DNA from: Neophaeotheca triangularis
Taxonomy: Eukaryota
Assembly (NCBI GenBank): GCA_054600435.1
Contig: BAAIJX010000002.1
Location: 682,001 to 746,000 of the forward strand
Direction of reading: 5' to 3'
DNA length: 64,000 nucleotides
How positions within the stretch are numbered: the first letter of the stretch is position 1; every line of letters starts with the position of its first letter. The notes beneath the pieces were generated by a model, which saw nothing but the letters and a program-made list of their open reading frames with translations, did not search any database and was not told where the DNA came from. Position numbers and translations under genes: made by a program. This document shows positions 59,399 through 64,000 of this stretch, one piece after another.

Positions 59399-60792
59399 GG
59401 CGAAAAGTGCGGCAAGTGTGTTCATCCAAGTGAAATTGAGGCAGCAGTATCAAGGGCAAGAGTTGGGGAATTCAGCCAGGACGGCAGCGACGCTGTCGGG
59501 GAGACACGGCAGGTCGGTTACGGAAATCGTCTGGCAGCCCGAGTGACAAAGAGCCTCCTTGTTTTGCGGTGTAATACATACCGAATGCACACTGGAGGGA
59601 TGCTTTGGAAGACTCTTGACGAGTAGCAGAACGTCTCAGTCGGGTTTCTGTCTGGCAGGTCCCCAAATGAGCGGAAGACGTGTTGCAAGATCAGTGGTTT
59701 CTCGGGCACGCAGGAAATAAGGACGCGTGTGTTAATGTTGGCTTGCTCTTGGGGCACGAGCGAACAGAGAATATCATCCAACAAGAGCCGCTGTCGCCCT
59801 CAAATGAGAGAAGGGGATATTTCGCACGCAGGGTGCATGGAGTGTGTTCTTTGCTTGCTTGCTTTCAGGCCATGGAAGGACAAAGGATGCTGTACGATAG
59901 AAGCCGCTTCGAAATAGACTGAATGGAGCTGCTGTGCCTGCACGTCCTCATCCATTACCAACCTAACGTTACCTCCTACTGTACTCGTCAAAGGTGATGT
60001 CGAGGTTCTCTTGCCAAGCTCGACAAGCGCTAGGGCGTCTTCCGTCCGTCCCTCCCGATGATCGACAAGCGCAAGATCCGCCCAAAGGCAAAATCAACTT
60101 CATCCCACAAAAGATCACCTTTTTACGGGTTTCCTTCCTTGTCCACGGGTGCTATCATCGTGACGCAGCCTGCTGAAACACCTGCCAAGCGAAAATTCAA
60201 CAGTCTGGCGGGGAATCTCGAATGCCCTTGCTCTTCGCCACTGGCCTTGATGGATGACTCCACTCTTACAGGCGCAATCACGAATTCCACGGTCTATGCG
60301 TGGGATCTGACCAGAACGGGACTCCACCAAGGCGCGGCAAGACGCGGTTGGATTGCTTCGTGAGTCTGCGCCGTGTCTTTGCAAATCTTGCGCTCTCATA
60401 AAGAAAGCAAGCTCTCAGGCTGAAAAGCAATAATGCAATGGAGGCCAGTCCTGAAGCAGCCTTTGTTCGTTTGTAGAGCCAGCCACTGCCGGTATTGGAA
60501 CAGAGTCCCGGGCGACCAGAAGAGTGAACGAGGACCGTAGTGGGGTCAATTTGGTCAGCCGCGCCGTCTCAAAACCCAATCACTCCCGTGGCCAAGCACA
60601 GGGCACTGAGGGGCATCGGCCACGGCCATGATGGCAGACTGTCGGAAAGATAGACGCCTATGCAGGGCATTTCACTCATCGGTAGGAACTCTTATAAAAC
60701 TAACCTTTTACCTCGTCATCATCTATAAAACCGTTTTCTTCCTCTTGCAACCCCTAGTTCCTCTACGAAAAAAAAAACATCCACAGCCCAAA

Positions 60793-61428
60793 ACGCATTT
60801 CGCCACCCTCCTAACCACCACGGCAACCCTGCTCACCCTCTCAACCGCCTCCCCCCTCTACGCCCGCAGCGCCTTATCCCGCAATGGTCAGCTCCGCCCC
60901 CACAGCCTCGTGACCAGGGACCTCGAAGTCCTTGCACCCCTCGAATCCCGTCAAGAAAGCTCCTCCAGCCCAACCGGAAGCACAAGCAGCGACTGCAGCG
61001 ACGGCTCCGGCGGGCTTCTCGGAAGCGTCGGAGGTCTACTGACCGGAAGCGGCGGTTCGGCTGGCGGCTGCGCTTCGAGTGGCGAGGCGGCGAGTGAGAG
61101 CACTAGTTCTAGCACCAGTGCTTCCTGTCGTAAGATGCCGTCCAAACAGCATAATATATCTGGAGAAATTGAAACACTAACGCTGATATTATCAGAGTTC
61201 CTCGGTGGCTGCACCTCGAGCGGCTCCGCTGCTTGCGAGGTTGATAGCGATGATGTCCAGCAGGATAACGGCGAGTCTTCGTCTTCGATCTGCGGTACTT
61301 CAACTTCGACCGATTCAAGTGGGTTTGGCAGCTCGGGGTTGCTTGGAAGTCTGTCAGGCGGTGGCGGTGGTGGAGGCAGCAAGATGATCAAAAGAGTCAG
61401 GGCGGCACTCTCGGGGATTGGTGCTTAG
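60793..61428 (+). CDS. Small secreted Gly/Ser-rich, 6-Cys protein with apparent ACG start; intron 61130-61195
   Basis: CAAA-ACG-CAT-TTC gives signal peptide (M)HFATLLTTTATLLTLSTA-SP; TATAAAA at about 60693 and 60724; GTAAGA..CTAAC..CAG intron. Confidence 0.6.
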   Translation, partial: THFATLLTTTATLLTLSTASPLYARSALSRNGQLRPHSLVTRDLEVLAPLESRQESSSSPTGSTSSDCSDGSGGLLGSVGGLLTGSGGSAGGCASSGEAASESTSSSTSASCRKMPSKQHNISGEIETLTLILSEFLGGCTSSGSAACEVDSDDVQQDNGESSSSICGTSTSTDSSGFGSSGLLGSLSGGGGGGGSKMIKRVRAALSGIGA

Positions 61429-62437
61429 AACTTTACAACGGGGTATAGACGACTGACTCGCACAATGGTACTTTGAACGCGAAAAGGATGCCATGGAAGA
61501 AAGAAGCAAACTTCACGACGGCCGACTCACCGTGACATCGTGGCATACCTAAGACGAGCACACTGAAGGGACGCCAATAACGGGAAACTGAGACTAGCTA
61601 CCGAAGAAAAGCGCACAGAACTGCACACCTTTGATAACAGAACCGGCCGGCCACACACCGAACGGGAAATCAACAGATATAGAATACAGATAGACCGAGC
61701 GCAAAGAACATGGCCAGCACAGCAAAGCCATTAGGAAACCACACAAATTCACAAAACCTGTCTCAGACCTCGAAGTGCCCGTTCCCCACATCGCCCATCC
61801 CCGTTCCCCAAACAAGTTCCAGAAAGACTCACTGTTTATGTGTGCCTCTTAGCCCGTTACTCGCCCCCCTCCAACCGACTTTAGCAGCATTCGCTCCCGG
61901 GGAACAGCCCGGCAATCGCTTGTCTCCGACCTGAGCCTAGCGCAGGTGAGCCGAAGGGGACACGAGGGGGAGACGGAGCGAGTAATGAATTTTGCTAAAA
62001 AGTGGTAAGAGGTAGATTACAAAGGGGGAAGCCTCAACGAGAAAACATCTCAGCTAGCAAGCCGGCCATCCATTCACCCATTCACACTCCCATCCATACC
62101 TGCTTATCCGAACGAGCAACCCTAATCTAGCCTGGCTATTGGCACATTCCGAAGGAACAAAAAAACAGAGCAAGCACTTTTCCCGCGAACCCTCCTGTCT
62201 TCTCTTCTCTGCAGCATCGGTCTTTTAAGCGAAACAAAATTCATCCTCTTACTGTACTGTACTGTTACAAGCCTCCACAACATCACGACCCTAGCAATCC
62301 TATCCTTACCGCTTCTTTAGCCAAACTCCACATCAACCTACACAGCTCTACACAGCTCAACTAGCCCTTAGCAAACTCTCTCACACACACACACCTTAGT
62401 CCTCTCCCTCAAACCCCAAACACTCAAACGCTTAAAT

Positions 62438-64000
62438 CTAAGCAACGCCTTGCTGCCCACCCCTCCCTCTCCCAGCGCCAGAACCCCCTCTCGCACCGCC
62501 ACGGCCACCGTATCCCCCGCGACCGCCCCCAGGCGCACCGCCCGAGGCACCACCCCTCCCACCACCACGGCCGCCAGCATACCCACCAGCACCACTGCCA
62601 CCACGAGGCGTGTAAGCCGCACGCCCAGGCTGAATGCGACGCTCTTCGACATAGAATTTGTCGTCACCCACCTTGTGCGGGTTAGCGGCGACAGCGGCGC
62701 GGTAGCCATCTTGGGAGCGGAAATTGACGAAAGCGCAGTTCTTGAAACGAAGAGATTAGTCAATGGAGTTCGAATGCATTGTTAGCGTGAACGTCTTACC
62801 TTCGCGCGCGCAACGTCAAAGTACTCGAGCTCGCCAAACTTCTCCAGCACTTTCCTCAGTTCAGCGGGATCGACGTTCTCGTGAACGTTTTTGATGTATC
62901 CCCTGTTTTGCTGCTGCTCTTGCTGAGGTGCTTGCTGTTTGGATTGAGAGCGGTTGTGGCTGCCACCTACGGCTGTCCATTCATCTTGACCGCTCGTGGC
63001 GGGGGAGTCGGCGCGCTGAGCGGCAGGGGCTGCGGGTGTTGGTGTGGTAGCCGAGGTCTGGGTTTGCGAGGACTGCTTGGCGGAGGGAGGAGTTGGGCGG
63101 GATTGTTGCTGCGATTGTTGCGGGGGAGTCGAGGTGGTGGAGGAAGGAGCGGCGGGTGCGGTTGTCTTGTGGGCGGCGGCAGCGAGGTTAGCCCAGGTCT
63201 TTGGCATGGCCGGCTTAGGAGGAGCGGCTGGTTGAGCGGGTTGCTGCTTTGGTGGGGAGGCGGCGGGGGTGGGCTCGGGGTCCTTGGGCTTTTCGGCCTC
63301 GGGGACCTCGTGAGTGACTGATGGTGCGCTCTCTGTGGCAGCTGGTGTGGGCTGAGAAGCGACAATTGCCTCTTCAGTCTTCTCTTCATCCTTGGCAGGC
63401 GCAGCCACGCCGTTGACTGCAGCAGGAACCTCCTGGTCAGCCTGCTTGGTGTCGTCCTTGAGGATCTTGTCCTCGAGCTCTTTGTCGACCTGCTTGGCAT
63501 CATGCTCCTGCGCCTTCGGGTCGAGGGAGCTGGTTAAAGTCTTTGGCTCACTCTGCTCCACCGAAGATGGCGGCTCCTGAACCCCGCTCTCAGCGGCAGG
63601 GACCTGCTGGACTTCCTCAGCTGTTGTGGTTGAGGCAGCAGCCTGCTCTTGCGGAACCTCCCGCTCATCCTCTTCCTCGATGATGTAGCGAAAGATATCG
63701 TTGAGGACGAAGTAACCGTTGTTCTGCGGTGCGAGGACGAAGGTCTGGGTGAACTTCTTGTGGGGCTGCGACTTGTTCGAGATTTCACCGATGACTTGGA
63801 TGACGATGTTGGCGTCCGAGGCTTGCGAGTCAACGTTGGTGACGCGCACTTTGCAGTCCTGGAAGTCGAGCTCCTTTATCCTATCGTTGATTGCCTTTGC
63901 AATTGTTAGTTCCTTGCTCATCGCTGAGTGAGGGTGGTGACGACTCCACAAACCCTTTGACCGATGCAGACTGCGACCTTGTCGGTTTCCTGACCGGAGA
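62438..64000 (-). CDS. NTF2 + RRM + RGG protein (G3BP/Bre5/Nxt3-like), 5' end outside the window; introns 63953-63895 and 62799-62741
   Basis: NTF2 IVIQVIGEISN..KFTQTFVLAPQNNGYFVLNDIFRY, PKTWANLAA, RRM GYIKNV..KNCAFVNF, RGG tail. Confidence 0.92.

Noticed and set aside
59420..60600. Short ORFs in 59.4-60.6 kb (also 31.3-32.3 kb and 47.9-48.9 kb)
   Set aside because: No recognisable domains, codon bias or splice-supported models; no transposase, RT or terminal repeats

Overview
Gene-dense eukaryotic DNA from a filamentous ascomycete (Pezizomycotina; Dothideomycetes-like by gene content, which is inference). It has short spliceosomal introns with GT(A/G)NG donors, CTAAC/CTGAC branch points and YAG/AAG acceptors. 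About 25 protein-coding loci can be supported: a Ste6-like ABC exporter (3' part), a SET/MYND protein, an MFS sugar transporter, an atypical peroxiredoxin, TRAX, an Sso-like syntaxin, Sac1, a Rab5/Ypt52 GTPase, a GT90/CAP10 glycosyltransferase, a long coiled-coil protein, Hsp90, an NmrA-like protein, Cdh1, Pho13, a RING protein, Cox10, a ZZ/EF-hand protein, a twin-CX9C protein, F-box-like paralogues, a small secreted protein and a G3BP/Bre5-like NTF2-RRM protein (3' part). No tRNA, rRNA, CRISPR array or intact transposon was found. Most notable signals: (1) tandem paralogues joining a hydrophobic first exon to an F-box-like motif, plus a decayed third copy; (2) a secreted Gly/Ser/Cys protein whose signal peptide begins at ACG rather than ATG; (3) recurring strand-symmetric C/A-rich to G/T-rich compositional switch domains independent of gene orientation; (4) unusual splicing features, including a GC-AG intron, an ATG-only coding exon and Hsp90 5'UTR introns. 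All gene models were built by eye and none has been database-checked.
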